Notes: generated by a model not told the origin, from the letters alone. Positions 1 through 14,269 are shown, numbered from the stretch's first letter. The stretch: DNA of 64,000 bases from Bispira polyomma (GCA_965649765.1 OZ287753.1:47120001-47184000); one strand, 5' to 3'. A program made the numbers and translations.

Positions 1-218
1 AGCAAGTAACCAGTTCTGATACAGTGTAAACCATCAGTCTGCAGCAAGTAACCAGTGATGATGCAGTGTAAACCACCAGTCTATAGCAAGTAACCAGTGC
101 TGATGTAGTGTAAACCACCAGTCTACTACAAGTAACCAGTGTTCATGTAGTGTAAACCACCAGTCTACAGCAAGTACCCAGTGCTGATGCAGTGTAAACC
201 ACCAGTCTTCAGCAAGTA
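1..218. repeat. 42-bp minisatellite, ~5 copies (runs off the window start)
   Basis: Unit ~agcaagtaaccagtgctgatgcagtgtaaaccaccagtctac recurs at 1, 43, 85, 127, 169; explains the periodic ORF 34..267. Confidence 0.95.
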
Positions 219-334
219 TCTGGCAAACATTTCCACATAAATGAACACAAACTGCATTCAAACCCACCTACATTGGTGAGAAGCAGGCATTTCTAGCAAG
301 TAAGACACTGTTGCGGCTACGTACTGTCTTAACA

Positions 335-598
335 GGAGGCTGCAGTGGCCTAGTGGTTTGCAAGCATTGCATTGCGCTTCACAATCACTGGTCTCTCACC
401 TCTGGGCGGCGTGAGTTCAAATCCCGTCGATGCCTATGTGGGAAAGGTGGTAGTTCCATACTGTGGGCCGCTGGTTTCTCTGCAGAACCTTGACCGACTA
501 TATGCAGTGTCTCCTCCAGCATTTCCAACTACCCGTCCCAATATAACCTACTAAAAGGTACTAGAGTGGACGTTAAATATCCAAATTCAAATTCAAAA
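335..598 (+). mobile_element. Full-length tRNA-derived SINE (Meta/MESC-like core) with 11-bp TSD
   Basis: A-box tggcctagtgg (~346), B-box gagttcaaatcc (~413), body atgtgggaaag...ctggtttctc, tail gagtggacgttaaa+(aaattc)n; direct repeat actgtcttaac at 323-333 and 599-609. Confidence 0.88.
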
Positions 599-2715
599 AC
601 TGTCTTAACGGAAGTAGTCAAGATTTAGTATAACAAATGTTCTTTTAAAAAACCACTAGGGTATACTCTTAACTCATCTTTGGAATTGTGTTGATGTATT
701 ATACTGGTCTATTTAACTGAGGTTGCAGATTTTTTTCTGATATCATTTCTATTGTAATGAGGTTAGAAATTGGTCATAGTGTGTTTAGAACACTTTCTGT
801 GCTGATTACAAGATTAACAGTGACACCAGTCATTGTCCAACCTCCAGGTTCTATCACAGAGAAAATGTACAAAACCCTATTAGGACATCCATATATAGTT
901 ACTGTCTTATTTGTATTCACGACATCATCTGATGATCACAATATTTTCTCACCAGATAATTTGATTACATAGTGAGCACCAAATCATCTTGAGTTCACAA
1001 AAAATGATTAATGCATCTAAAATACTTTTGTTATCACCACTTAATTATATGGGTAAAATATAGTGGTGTCCTTTCTGAAATCAGCTAGAAGAGTAATACC
1101 TTCCGAATGATGTCATCCTCATGGGCTTGAAAAGTACAAGCAAGTTTACAATTGAGTTCACCTTGTAAGCTTTGTCAATATATGTCCAGTAAGTCAGTTC
1201 ACAGTGGGGGGTTTAATACAGGAAGATGTCACAAAAATGACCTGGTAACAGCCTTCTCTCATTTCCCTAAAACAAATTCGAGGTCAATGACATTTCCGAA
1301 CAGTATATTTGTAACAGCATCTTCAGTATTTTATCATCTATTATAGCTTGTGAGTTATTCTCAGCGTTTGATATTGACTGTGAGATTTGTCTGAGTGTTG
1401 GAGTAAAGCGATCTGTGATGTTTATTGTATGATAGCATATCCTACCAAAGAATTATTTCAGAGACAAGGTGTATATTGGTTATACAGGAATAGTGGCCCT
1501 AAAAGTTGTTTAATGTTTTTTGTGTTTTTTGACTGTTGTAAGGACACGTGAGCAGCTACTTTCTAGGGCATTACTGTAAACCTGCCGCTATCAGTGGGAT
1601 AAACCTTAGTACTTGCCAATAATAAGACGGAATGGCAAGATCCTTTATGGCAATATGTTTTCTATATTTTCATATATATTGTGTCTTGTAGTAAATTACT
1701 TATATTGCAGTATTACTTATATTGTCTATAATATGGGAATGTAAACATGTAGAAATTACTTTATATGGATTTTAAACGATTGATGTGGCGTAATTAATGA
1801 CACTAAGCTCGAAAAGATCGTTTAAAATGTGCATTATGCATAACGTTTTAGTATTTTCTTGACTTTCTCAAATGATTAAACCTGCAATACCATGCTTATA
1901 CATTAAGTCTGTTGCATCATATAAACATCCATGGTAACTGGGTTTGCACAGAAAATGATATACAGGGAGTATGCCACTACTTTGTAAATTATAATTTTAT
2001 TTTAAATTTGAAGGATTTTAATAGAGTTTTGTGTACATCTAGTTACTTTATATCCTAATGGAACAACAACACTTTTTAGAATCATTTGAGAATGCGATAT
2101 ATGTTCTATACCAGGGTATATCTGGTAGCATATATTTGGTAAAGTTGTATATGACCTGTACACCAGTGTTGCATATATTGTATACTATGGTAAATCTCTG
2201 ACACTGTTATATATGTAATTTGGTATTCAACACTCACTTACTACAAATCTGATTACCGCTTGATAGATTCCTTAAACAGACAATAAATCTCTCTCACACG
2301 ACTACAGACTAATTTATGGGGGATTATCGCCTCTAGATCTCTTTAGCCACACTTGCCATGCCCTAAGTACCCTTACTGGTCTTTTATCTGGTTACACACA
2401 TGCCAAAGTAGCAGGTTGGTCCAGTTAGTCTGTAGATTCACTGCACATTCTTCTGCTAAAGATCACAGACGTGAGCAGACATCTATGTAATGCAGTGGAT
2501 TAGTTTGAGATCCAGGGGGGGGCTCCTTTTTTATTTGCAAATCATCCCAGTTTAGTGTAAACTCAAGGGAGATATATTTCGTCTGGGCTCTGACTAGTTA
2601 TGAATCCCCCCATAAGACATATCTACCTCTACACCTGCGCTTTGCCATAAACCCCAATCCTAAGTAAACACACGCAAGGGCACAAGGGTCTTAGGACGCT
2701 GTCACAGAAAATTTA

Positions 2716-3360
2716 AGCCCCAGTCACACAGCGCCCACGATCAGTTAGAGAGCTGCTGCAACCTTAAAATCAAAGAAAAATCACCAATCACTAGAGATTC
2801 CCTGGGATCTTTGCAAGACGTCTTGGTAGCAGTCACACATATTTTTTTGCTTTTTGGGGGTTGGCCACCGGTCGCCTACCACTGTTATGATGGTCAACTT
2901 CTGATCCACAGCAGCTCTGTGGAGTTTGTAGCTATCATGTGGGATCTGTAGGGACTGGTTTTGTGATGGTCGGCGACTGGAAAAGACTTCCGTGTGATTG
3001 TCGGCATCCAGTCTGAGATCGTCATGCAACTATCAAAGACTACTCGCCATTTGTCGCACGGTGGTCCCTACTGGTGGCACATCCATCGCAGACCCCTCGA
3101 GCAGCATACTGATCAGGCTATAAATACTTGATTTTACAAGAGTTCTGGGATAATTTGATTTGACGGCAATAGGTGGTCAGACTACTCTGGGATTGATGGC
3201 AGACTGGTGGCAGACTGAATAGAAATCAGTGAATAGCGGTCGGTGACTTTCTATCGATGTTTGATATGTCGGCGACAGGTGGTGGGATTGTTTGTACAAC
3301 TGATTATATATTAGTAGTCACCACATTTCAAAAATGTAGAGGCTGGAAGCTGTGTCAGTG
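2716..3360. mobile_element. Degenerate non-autonomous DNA transposon (MITE-like)
   Basis: Starts taa-gccccagtcacac, similar to the TIR of the 18495 element; CpG-rich interior with tcgc/gcga repeats; right end not clearly resolved. Confidence 0.45.
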
Positions 3361-5553
3361 CTATTGTCAAGACAGGACTGCTATTGTCAGTGTTGTTTAA
3401 AGGAAATTGAACACATTTTTTGTATTGCCCATATTGGTGATGGTGTTCATATCTCCTCTCATTTGTCTATAACTGCTCACAAAATTAGCCTTTTCAAAAA
3501 GCAGGTCGGAACAAGGCGAAGGCCACTGTAAGTAACTTGTGTAAGTCTATTATAGCTATTTTGGAGATATGAGCATTGAAGCAATAATCTCATCAGTAAA
3601 AACTATATAAATCTTTAACTAACAATATCTTCATCACCATTTCATTTTATTAAAATCTATGAAACCTTTTACAAACGACATAATAATAAGAGCTTCCTGG
3701 TGATAATAAAAAGAACAGTTTAAGTTAAGTATTCATGGAGATACAGCTATTAAATCAATTTAAATTTTCGTTTTCGTGCTGTAGTAGTACCAACGTAGAC
3801 AACAAATTTGACCTACTTTCTAATTAGGTCAGCTATGACGCGATACCAGACAGCGGAATCCCAGAATTCCAAAAGGTGTGTAAGATTTATCAACCTAAAA
3901 CATTGTAGTTGTAAGTTAATTAATTTGTTAATTTATCTGATGAAATAATCTGTGTATCTTATAGCAGACAAATATATGAACCACGAATATAATGAAAATA
4001 TAACATTAACAACGATATAACAAGATATATATTTGCTGAATGCTATGAATAAAGCTACACACCCTAAATGGTTAATCTTAGACCCGCCATACAACATGGC
4101 TGCGCCAAAAAATACTAAACTGTACAGAAGCCCCCCCCCCCCCTTTTTTTTAAAAAAGATACAAGGAATTCCTGTAAAGCTGACATAGTAGTATAAGGAG
4201 TTAGCAATGGTGACGGTAACCTTACAATCCACCTAATTAGGACACACATAGCTGACCCTGTAGCATTAGTTGAGACCTGGACTGACCATAGACAAGGGAT
4301 CATACACAAGGATATGAATGTTTCATACATATCAGTAGTGTGTCATGTATGTTTCACACTGGTTTATTACACACTCTTACAAATGTCTCAAAGAACAGGG
4401 ACTAGTGACGTCACTTGTCAGGCTGACCCATTTACATCTCACCATCTGTGAAAGTGCCATGTAGAAAATGTTCTGTTGTTGATGTTATGATTATTGACGT
4501 CATATATGTATGTAATAGGAGTTTATTTAATTTCTACCTAAACAAATGAGCCCCATGAAAATGTATCATTTAGCAGAATAATTGTATTGCTGTGTTATCC
4601 TTTCGCCATTGGGTGCATGTGACCTTTAGTGTCTAAAATTCCCTGTTGTTGATGCTCTATTCCTGTCCTTTTAACTGACGTAATTTACAGACTGGGTTTA
4701 GTCCAAAGTATTATTAAGAAGTATAGTAAAGTGCATTTTTTAGGAGAATATAGTGTGGTTCTGTCATTGGTTTTGGAGGGCATACTACATATAATGAAAG
4801 CATTTATAGAACGCCAAATTGAGGAGAAACAACCTCTAAGGATCTTTTAAGTAGAATAACTGTTGTGTCCCTTGTTAATCTTAACTGTATAACCTTGGAT
4901 TAATCTTAGTAGATTAAACACTTAGTTATAAAAGTACTAGGCTTTATCACACCATTAAAATTAATTGTACTATTGATAAAGACCACTGTAATTAAGTCAT
5001 TGAGTTCATAAAAACATATCTAATGAGGCAACCAAAAACCATAATACTTTTGATAACTGTCAATATGCTAGTATGGTTAAATCTACAAAACAATTCAGAC
5101 AATACCACTACATCAATGTGTGCTCCAGCCTTGAGAGGTCAGCTGACCATCAGTATAAAGCCCTAAATGAATTAGGTTAGGTCAGCTGCTCAGTTTGGTG
5201 CCCAGATGTTTGTGAAGCCTTCTCTAATGGACACTAATGTAGCCAGTCTGTGACAGAAGTAGACCAGTCAACATCTTAAGGACACAGAGGGTAAAGTCCT
5301 ACTTAATACAACTGGTGATGTGAAGCTAAGGAACCGAGTAACTGCTTTATTTTGAAAAAGAGAACACCAACATCATATATCCCATTTATTTTATGATTTT
5401 TCACTGAAAAGTGTGAAAATTCATTGAAAAGGTGGAAAAATGTCCAGATGTTATTTAATGTTTATATAGGGAAACTCTAGTGATTTTATACTATACTATA
5501 TATTCTAAATTTAGACTATTCAATGAGGTTGAAATACTTTTCAAAATCCAATT

Positions 5554-5850
5554 GTGGCCCAGTGGTTAGAGAGTTGGTCTGGTGATCTGAAGGTCCTGGG
5601 TTTCACTCCAGGAATCTGCCACTCGTTTTATTGGTGGGATAACATCCTTTGGCAAAATGTGAACACGTGTTTGCCTGATGGATTGGATGACACTTAAAAT
5701 GGCGATTCTCTGTCACTTGGTCCTGTCCCTTCTCTCTTCAGTTAGTGGAGTGAAAGTAACAGATACAGTTGATTGTTACAGTCAGGGTGGAGTAGCACTC
5801 TTTGAGTACCAGATAAAGGTAGATATATGTGCCGAGTATTAATACTAATA
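5554..5850 (+). mobile_element. tRNA-derived SINE, V-domain-like family
   Basis: A-box gtggcccagtggttaga, degenerate B-box, core ggcaaaatgtgaacac...ggatgacacttaaaa...tctctgtc shared with 52293 and 52665 copies; LINE-like tail ctttgagtacc...agatatat...tattaatactaata. Confidence 0.75.
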
Positions 5851-5994
5851 CCAATTGGTGAGACTATTTTAGGACAATTGACTAAAATTTATATGCATAC
5901 ATCAAACAGTAAAATAGATTCACCTAAATATGGCCAAATTGCATACTAATTGATATACTCTCCCAATGAAAGGGATGAAGAAGTAATAACAATA

Positions 5995-6115
5995 AAGAGG
6001 ACCTTGGTTCGAACTCCACCTGGATACATAGTGGCTCGGATGACCACATAAAAGCCTATCCCAGTGGCTGATGAAAGAATTTTTGGGACGTTGGTAAATG
6101 GCCATCCTGATGACT
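5995..6115 (+). mobile_element. SINE fragment, V-domain-like family
   Basis: B-box ggttcgaactcc then tagtggctcggatgaccac...gggacgttggtaaatggccatcct, matching 52770-52870. Confidence 0.65.
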
Positions 6116-9100
6116 CTTTCTTCAGTTACAAGGTTTGGCTGCCTTTATTTAAGTAGTCAAAAAAGATTCATTATCACTTTTAATGCAAGATAAAGAATAT
6201 ATATGCACTGAGCAGATTCGGCAAACATCAAACCAACACAGAAATCTTGTATTAAAAATTCCTAAACAATAAAACATAAATTATTTTAGTAGTGATGTGT
6301 AATAAATTACCCGTTGTATAAAACACAAGTCCTCAAAACTTACTTCTTTCACTCAATGTTTCTGCATTCCCATACCATATGACCAAATGAACACTTAAAA
6401 TGCTACAGATAGACAAAGGCTGGTCAAAAAAAAAAAAAATGACAATTTTTACAATAATCTTATGTTGTAAATGATGTGGAAACGTACAAATAGGATTACA
6501 TTAAAACAAATTAAAAATTGTCAAAAAGATAAAATAATAAATGAGAACAAAAAAAATAATAATAAATTGTCAAAAAGACAAATGACAATTTTTATATTAA
6601 TCTTATATTGTAAATGATATGGACGAGTACAGATTAGAATTATTTGAGATCAGTCATTTGTGAGTATAAACTTGGCTTTGCAATGTGATTAAAATGTGCA
6701 TATAATTTAAAAAATTAAAGCTTTATATAGCCAAATCGATGGACAATAGTACAAAGTTAGTTTGTCTTTTGATTGAATTACAATCACAGATACTGTGGCG
6801 GGGAAGATGTATATGGAGAAGTCTAAACGTAGAACTGTTAGCTGTTACCCGTTGACAAGAGATACCTAGCTTTTGGTTTGTCTTGGTTTGAGGACATTTA
6901 CTTATGTACATATGTGTTATATATTTTAAACTGCTCTCTTTAATATATTAACAACAAACATTAGAAACTCAAAACTTGAGTAAACCAGGAAGTCCTGGTG
7001 GTTAGAAGTATTTTACAGTAACTTGACTGTCATGTCTGAAGACAGGGAATCAAATCCTACTGCTTCGTCTTATGTGTGAAAATATAGCAGGTGGTTATGG
7101 TTGAAGTATCAATATAGAGTCCCAAGCAATACTATTTTCCTCCACTACTTAATATAGCTGTTGTTTTGTGATTTGTGTGGGGGAGAATGTATTATGTTTA
7201 ATGAACCTTATTGACGCCAGGCATCTTTATAAACATCAGAATCAATATACCATTAAAACACCTGGTGATGATGTATTGAAATAAACTGCAAATACAATCC
7301 AAAGTTTCTTGGTGATTTTAATGAAATGTAATAGAAAAAATGGGACAAATCATCAAAACCATCAAAACATTACCCTCCCTTAACGTTGTTATGGTACTAC
7401 AGAGATAACCATCAGGCTTGGGTTAAAGACACCAATCCCAGAGGCTATTTGCATGACTTTGATACATTAACACTCAAGAGTAGATTGGGGAGTAAAGGTA
7501 ATGATGAATAGTAGAAATGTTTCTTTGATCCTGCGCTCTAAGGAAACAGTAAGTTTGGTGCATTCAATGCCTATTGTCGTGCAAGTTCCCCACAAATTGG
7601 ACTGATGGGTGGAATTAAACATTGTAGTGAACATAAAGACAATGAGACAATTGACTTCTTTCAATGATAGTACATTACAAAGTAAAAGCATGCAAAAATC
7701 AACAAATCAAGCTCATATATGATCATGGACTTTACTTTAGATAACCTAATATTGGGTGGTCTTCACAAAAGGGCTAAGCCAAGACTTTGTTCTAGATCTA
7801 CTAGACTTTTGTATAGACCTTGATATCGTGTAAGGTCAAAAGTGCATCTTAGGCTGGTTCTCTGCTTTTAACTAGTGTTGTGACTATCCTGGTTTCTTCT
7901 TTCCATCTGAACAATTGGTCACTTTTCTGCCTTTGTTTTTATTCCTCCTTTTTCAAGCCATTTATGAATCGTCTTAAAGGAGCAAAATGTGATAGAGGAA
8001 CAATTTTATTTTTGCTGTCGAAAACATACATATATTATCGTGGTTTTGTCTCATAATTTCCATCAGAGCATGGACATTACTGTAGTTTTGGTAACTTCCA
8101 TTATCCAAGACCAGTTAGAAGGAATTGTATTTAAACTTGCTCAGTGAGGCAATCCTTCCACACAGTCAAGTCATTATTCGACTAAAGTTTGTTTATGCAC
8201 CAGGTGTTATTTTAATTTCTTTTTCCCAGGAAACGGCCCAGCTACTCTCTGAATTGAGAATGGAATCATATCAGTCACACGAAATTTCCTTGTAATGTCT
8301 GTCAATTTAAGTACAATTGATGTACAATTACTTGCTTCAGTTTGAAGCATATGATTCCCTTCGCCCTCTAACCACCGGCTTTTCAATTATTAACCAGCTC
8401 TTTAATCATATTAAGATTAATCAGTATGGTTCCAAACACCACTTCAACCTTCAAATCATTCAGTTCAAACGGTATATTTTCCCACCCAGTTACTCATTTC
8501 ACTGTTAATTAGACAAAAATTCAACAGTCTCATGTTAAGAAATTTTCAAATGTGTCCATCCCCATTCAAAGGCATTGCATTCCTTGTTGTTTTCTTACCA
8601 TTTTCCCTAATGTTCTCCTATTTAAAATCTATGAAACGATTGGATCTCTTCTTATAGATTCTAGAGTATGGTTATTGTTACTATGTTAGGTTGAAATCCC
8701 TTTTTCCATACTATCAGTAGATCTCCCTTGATTTCCAATGCCTCTCTTCACCACATCAGCACATCTAAGCCTACGATAGGATACATTGTCAACAGATATC
8801 ATCTGCAACCCTTCAGCAGCTGATGCGGTTTCATTTATATCTATTTGCTTAAATGTTACAACTGTCTAATTCATAAAATCCTTATTGTTGTAAAGAGGCT
8901 GATTATGAACGGAATAACTAAGTGACTGTAATCCTCAGTAGGAGTGTTATGTACATAATGCTAATAAGGTAATGCTAGCCATCACTCTGTTTCTTTATGT
9001 GATTTGAACTTATGGTAGAGTTTCATATAATTGAGTCAATGCTAAGGTGGTCTCACTGGTGTTTCATTTCAAGAGATTTTGTTGTTTTGATGTCAAATGA

Positions 9101-9445
9101 TACTGACATATTATAAAAATTGATGTCCAATGCTAAGTCTATTTCCCAGTTAGACTTTCATGCAAGTAAAATACAGGGGGTAGTTACACAGGGAAAAAGA
9201 AAATACCTGTACAAAATGTATTCTCTACCTGTTACTTATGAACATGTACTAAAATTGATGCTTCAAAATCAACTTGTACTTGACTTAAAGTAAACTTATC
9301 CAAATTAAACTTGTAATTTTTTCAATTAAGGTCACCTTAACCTTTCACTTTAGGCTATTGCAAAACACTCATGTTATGGTGACGTCACACTTAGCTTAAG
9401 GTGGCATTACACCTTATGCCAAGGCGACCGTATGCCCATATCTAA

Positions 9446-9514
9446 GCCTACGCTTCCTTTCAACACATTCTGATGAGGGAAAAAATCGGCCAACGTCGAC
9501 TGATAAAAACATGC
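9446..9514 (-). mobile_element. Truncated inverted mini-copy of MITE family A
   Basis: gcctacgcttcctttcaacacattc (right TIR, inverted) joined to the reverse complement of the left subterminal region; abuts the full copy at 9518. Confidence 0.65.
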
Positions 9515-9517
9515 TTA

Positions 9518-10167
9518 GCCTGCGCTTCCTTTCAGCACATTTTTATCGGCCGACATCAGCCAACGTCGGTCGATTTTTTTCCTTGTTATACAATACTAGC
9601 AAGTGTTTCCTGACAAGAGATTTGCATCAGATCAGATCCAAGTCGGCCGATGTCTGTTAGGCTATCAGATTTTATCTATCAGGGAGCGAAAAAATCGGGA
9701 GGACTGACCGATTTTGAAACAGAAATGGCTGCAAAAAAGCTATCACAGCTACAGTTTTCATCCCATAAATACTCAATATTCATCGGATGTTGAGGTTGAA
9801 AATTGTAAGAGAAACTTATTTTATTGTGAGTACTGTGCTTTTTTCCCCACTAAAATCCGTTAAGAAACGGCTCAGATATTTAGGTTTATAGATGGGTACC
9901 CCATTTAACCCCCCCCCCCCCCACCCCCTTTTTAATCGTGCAAAATACGTCACAGCAACGTCATAGTGACGTCAGTTTTGTATCTATGTCACGCCTTACA
10001 CACCAGGAAGTAAAAATGGATAGCTTTCTCAAGCCATTTTCAACATCAACATCCGACGAATGTTGACGAACATCTGATGAAAGGAAGCACAACATCGGCC
10101 GACGTCGGATAGGATCGGACACACACAAATCGGCCGACGTCGGAATGTGCTGAAAGGAAGCGTAGGC
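9518..10167 (+). mobile_element. MITE family A (PIF/Harbinger-like), 650-bp copy
   Basis: TIRs gcctgcgcttcctttcagcacatt / aatgtgctgaaaggaagcgtaggc, flanked by tta / taa; subterminal atcggccgacgtcgg repeats. Confidence 0.9.
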
Positions 10168-11006
10168 TAACTGTAACTGTATACATCCAAATCTTAGATC
10201 TTAACTAAGATATTAAAAAAAAAATGTTGAAGCACACGTACTTTTTTATTCTCTCTTGTACTTGTAAAAATTGTTTGTCACTAGACTCCGAGACAGTGTG
10301 TAGTACTATTGTTAGTCAGCTGCATGTTAATAAATGTTTTTATTTTGTATTACCGTACTTTCCTGAGAAAGAATAGTGTATTGTTAAGGCATTCTGGTCA
10401 GACCTTCCTGGGTTTATTAACAAAATTAACATCAAATAAAGGAAGATTTGGCACTGCTAATAAGCAATAACTCCTTAAACAAATCGGTAACTGAAGTCCA
10501 TAGATAAGATGTATACATAGTAGGAAAAGTTTTTTTTATTTTACAGGGCGAGGTGAGATTTGTGTTCTACTGAGTGAGCTTTACTGATTGACTTTATTAA
10601 AGATCAGTGATTTCTAGCACAATATTAAGATAATAACAGTGGTTACAATGGTTTAGAATAAGACTGCATTGTAAAGCAGTATAACATTACTATATTACTA
10701 TGGCAGGATAAATTAGCCTTACTCCACTCAATTATTTAGTTTCCACAGATATAGTGGCACCACATAATGTTTGAGCAATGACCTACAATGATTCTTCCTG
10801 TGATAATTTTGTACATATACTACACTTTAACTGCGTTTTTGAATAATGCACAAGCTGAGAGAGGAGATCTGATTATCAATTGTTCAGTTAGACCACTTTA
10901 TATTTTAACTTCACAAGTGATGATGGAGTAAAACCATACCTTGGTTGTTTTACATTAGATCTTTAAACAATTAACAAGAAATTTAATTGGTGTATTTTGT
11001 TTTAAG

Positions 11007-11872
11007 TGGTGATTCCACATTCAAGTTCGATCGGGACAGTGGCCCCAATTTTAAAGTCGGGAAGGTCGGGGCGAAAAAATCAATAAAAGTCATTTTTGGG
11101 CAGGAAAATTAAAATGTGGGGCAACCTTCCCGATCGAAGGGAACGGTGACCTCGATTTTACTTGAAATTATATAGGATAGAACTTACTGATGATAGGATC
11201 TGGCATATCGCACTGGGATCGAACGTATCACCAATAGGATCTGTCTGATTCATATCCCGACCATAAGGATCGAACGTATAAAAAGTCAAAGTCGGGACTG
11301 TTATGGTAAAATATAGATAACAAAATGAGGTTATTGTAACTGAAATAAAAGAAATAATATCTGTTTAAACCTCATTTTTGATGAAAGTTTGTTGTTAATA
11401 ACAGCAAATAATTTTATCGTTTGTAGACATAAACTGCACCGGAAGTGGGTTTGATGTCGCAAAGGTAAACAATTTTTAAACTGATTTTCGTTATCAAGAC
11501 TGACAAAATGGGCTTATATATGTATCTTCGTACATAAATTCTTCCCGACCTTCCAGACCACCCCGTTTTCGCCCCGACAAATACCTTTCGACGGGCCAGC
11601 ATTAGGACAGGCCTGGAGGGACATTAAGACCTGTCAAACAAAACATATCGCCAATAGGATCGAACTGATTCGCCGAAGCCAACCTATACGTTTTCGGAGG
11701 TCGGGGACACAAGTTAGGACACTTTTTGAAAAAGTAAAGCATGCTTAACTTTCTTGCTGACCTTCCCGACCACCCCGTTTTCAGCCCCCAACCTATACAT
11801 TTTGCCGCTTTTCCTGTTATCGATCACAAAGTCGGGAATGTCGGGGACTAAATCCTAATAGTGGAACCACCA
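11007..11872 (+). mobile_element. MITE family B, full copy
   Basis: Imperfect TIRs tggtgattccac / gtggaaccacca; many internal gtcggg/cccgac and taggatc repeats. Confidence 0.8.
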
Positions 11873-14104
11873 TTTTACTTAGCTAGACTATGCATCTTTA
11901 CACCCAACTTCCACCAGATAACGACATTCACCTAAGTGAATATTATGGGGACTTTACCTTTATTTAGGTACTAGTTTTGTGACACAGTCACTGCCAATGT
12001 CCAAGTGCTGAGTAAATACACTTAACAGTAATGTCAAGTGGGAGTATTTCTGGAGTCTGATAATTTTATGTAACTATTTTAAAGACATCACCGAAATGGA
12101 CCAAGACGGTAAACACAATGGGGTAGTGTTCTGATTCCAATACTTGGAGTGTTTTCTTGTCAAAGTGTTTGTGTGCCATATGTTGTCTATTCCTATCTCT
12201 GCCTCTCATTACACCTTATATAGTGCTGTTTATATTGCTGTTTATATTGCACATACATCCCTGTTATTACTTGTTGTTACCCTCTGTGGGATCCATTGTT
12301 TATTCACATATTTAATATGAAATAGAACACACTTGTAACAACTGTCACTTAAAGAAAATTATGATACTCTACTACAATGTTATGGTTATTTTAACATTCG
12401 AAATTAATAGCAACCGGTACTTTTATTACTTATTTATGCAAGGGAATATGTTTATTACCTTTATTACTTTTTTAGGCAAGGGAAGATGTTTATTGTCCAA
12501 ACCTAAATGCAATAAATGGTTCTATTTTATGAGTGACTGTAGTAGTAGGTAGACTTCTATGAGGAAGGTGTATATGGAGAGCTTTAATCGCAGTGGTAAC
12601 TTGGAGATTTATATAGAGAGCAAAGCATAGAAGCCTAATATTAAAGATGTATGCCGTCAATGATAAAGCAGATACCACAGCTACAATGTCAGGTTTACTA
12701 TTTAAATAAGGTGCATTTAGGACTTTTAAAATAAACGTCGCTCATACAACCGTCATCTGACAAGAGTAAACGTGGCTAAATACCTGTCATCAGTTGTGAG
12801 AACGTCTCTGGGAATACAAACTTTAATTTAGAAACTATTGACAGTATTGTTATAATAAATTGCACTAATGAAGATACAAGTGCTATATAGTTCCCATTTA
12901 ATACGCCATGTTGGTCAAGAAATGCTGGCGCATTGTTCTCAGTCAATCATGTTTTTTATTTATTTTTATTTATTTTGCAAACTTGTTTTTATATAACAGT
13001 ACAATTTTCTCTCTGATTTTATAGTCATTCGATTATTGGTCTGTTCTATATTCTATATTATCTTGCAACAGAGGTGATTGTACTCTTATTAGTGAAAAAT
13101 AGGTTGGTGTGTGTGAAACTTACTGCAGCAATATAGGTAATGAAGCATACGTATGGTAGAAGCTTAGTTTGACTTGACATGTTCATTAGTAGAAGTTCAC
13201 AAGTCAGCAGACAGGTAGATCACACTTTACTTACTGATTACCATAAGCTGTGAGTGTCACCTGAATGGACAGTTTAATTAGAACTGATGACAGCCATAGA
13301 ACAGACCATCAAAGCCCTTTGAGAAGTAACTAATCAGTTCCTTAAGAAGAACATGATTTAGACACCTTTGTGGTCAGTGTGAAAGATAGACCGAGTTCTC
13401 TGTCGCTGAAACAGATTTGTCGACTTTTGCTTATGGTAACCACTCTTTCCCTTGTCGTGCATACATTTAGTTGAAGCCTCATCGAGGACAGAAAACTCAG
13501 TATATGTAAAAGAATACATACAAAGTATGTCGAAATACACAGTAAAAGCCTGGTAATATCCTTTTAATAATATTAATAGCATGATAGAACCAAATGTGTG
13601 TTTTTCATTGTCAAGTTGTATCTAGTACAATTTAAAGTGACTACAAGAATGGAACAGACTAGATGACCAGTCCCTTCATTGTTCCAGTCAGCACTCCACA
13701 TCTTGATAACAAAGGACAGAGGTCAGTAGCCAAACTGTCCTCAACAGGCATTGATGTTAATACCTACAGGAGTAATGACTGAACACATTTATTAAATGGA
13801 AGAGTGCCCATAGTATGGTAAATTCTTAATTGTACAATTTGCAGAAAACTATAGAAACTTGCACTTGAAACCAATTCTTTTACTTTGACATAAAGTAATA
13901 CAAATGTATGATAATCACATTACCCTACAAAACGTTTGTCAGAGGTAAAGGGCATATCACCAACTGATATACAGGATTAATATGTCAAAGTGCATGTGTT
14001 AAATAGTTTATTTTAGTTCACTTTGGTTCACTGTATATTGTTAGAATGGCCATCGATATGTTAATTTTTTTGTATTTTCCATATATTGTTTTTATATATC
14101 ACAG

Positions 14105-14197
14105 TGGTGACTTGGAGATCTATATGGAGGGCAGTTCCTCAGTGTCAAGTCAATATGCTTTGATATTTCACCCTAGTGAACACAGTAAAAGATTCCG
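14105..14197 (+). other. Candidate internal exon (phase 2-2, GDLEIYMEGSSSVSSQYALIFHPSEHSKRF)
   Basis: Pyrimidine tract+cacag acceptor, gtaaat donor, 93 nt, one open frame; no recognisable homology. Confidence 0.3.
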
Positions 14198-14269
14198 GTA
14201 AATATTTTATTAGTGACTAGGTTTGTTAATGTTGTGGTTTCAAGTACAATGACAAAATAGGCCTGATTT

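Noticed and set aside
34-267. Trp/His-rich repetitive ORF
   Set aside because: Translation of a 42-bp minisatellite; no start or splice context
335-430. Possible tRNA gene
   Set aside because: A/B boxes continue into a SINE body, tail and TSD; no closed acceptor stem. Same for the heads at 5554, 39765 and 52293
3397-4130. Possible Kolobok-type element (ttaaagg start; similar starts at ~7975 and a similar-looking region at ~55480-55700)
   Set aside because: No matching second terminus or TSD found
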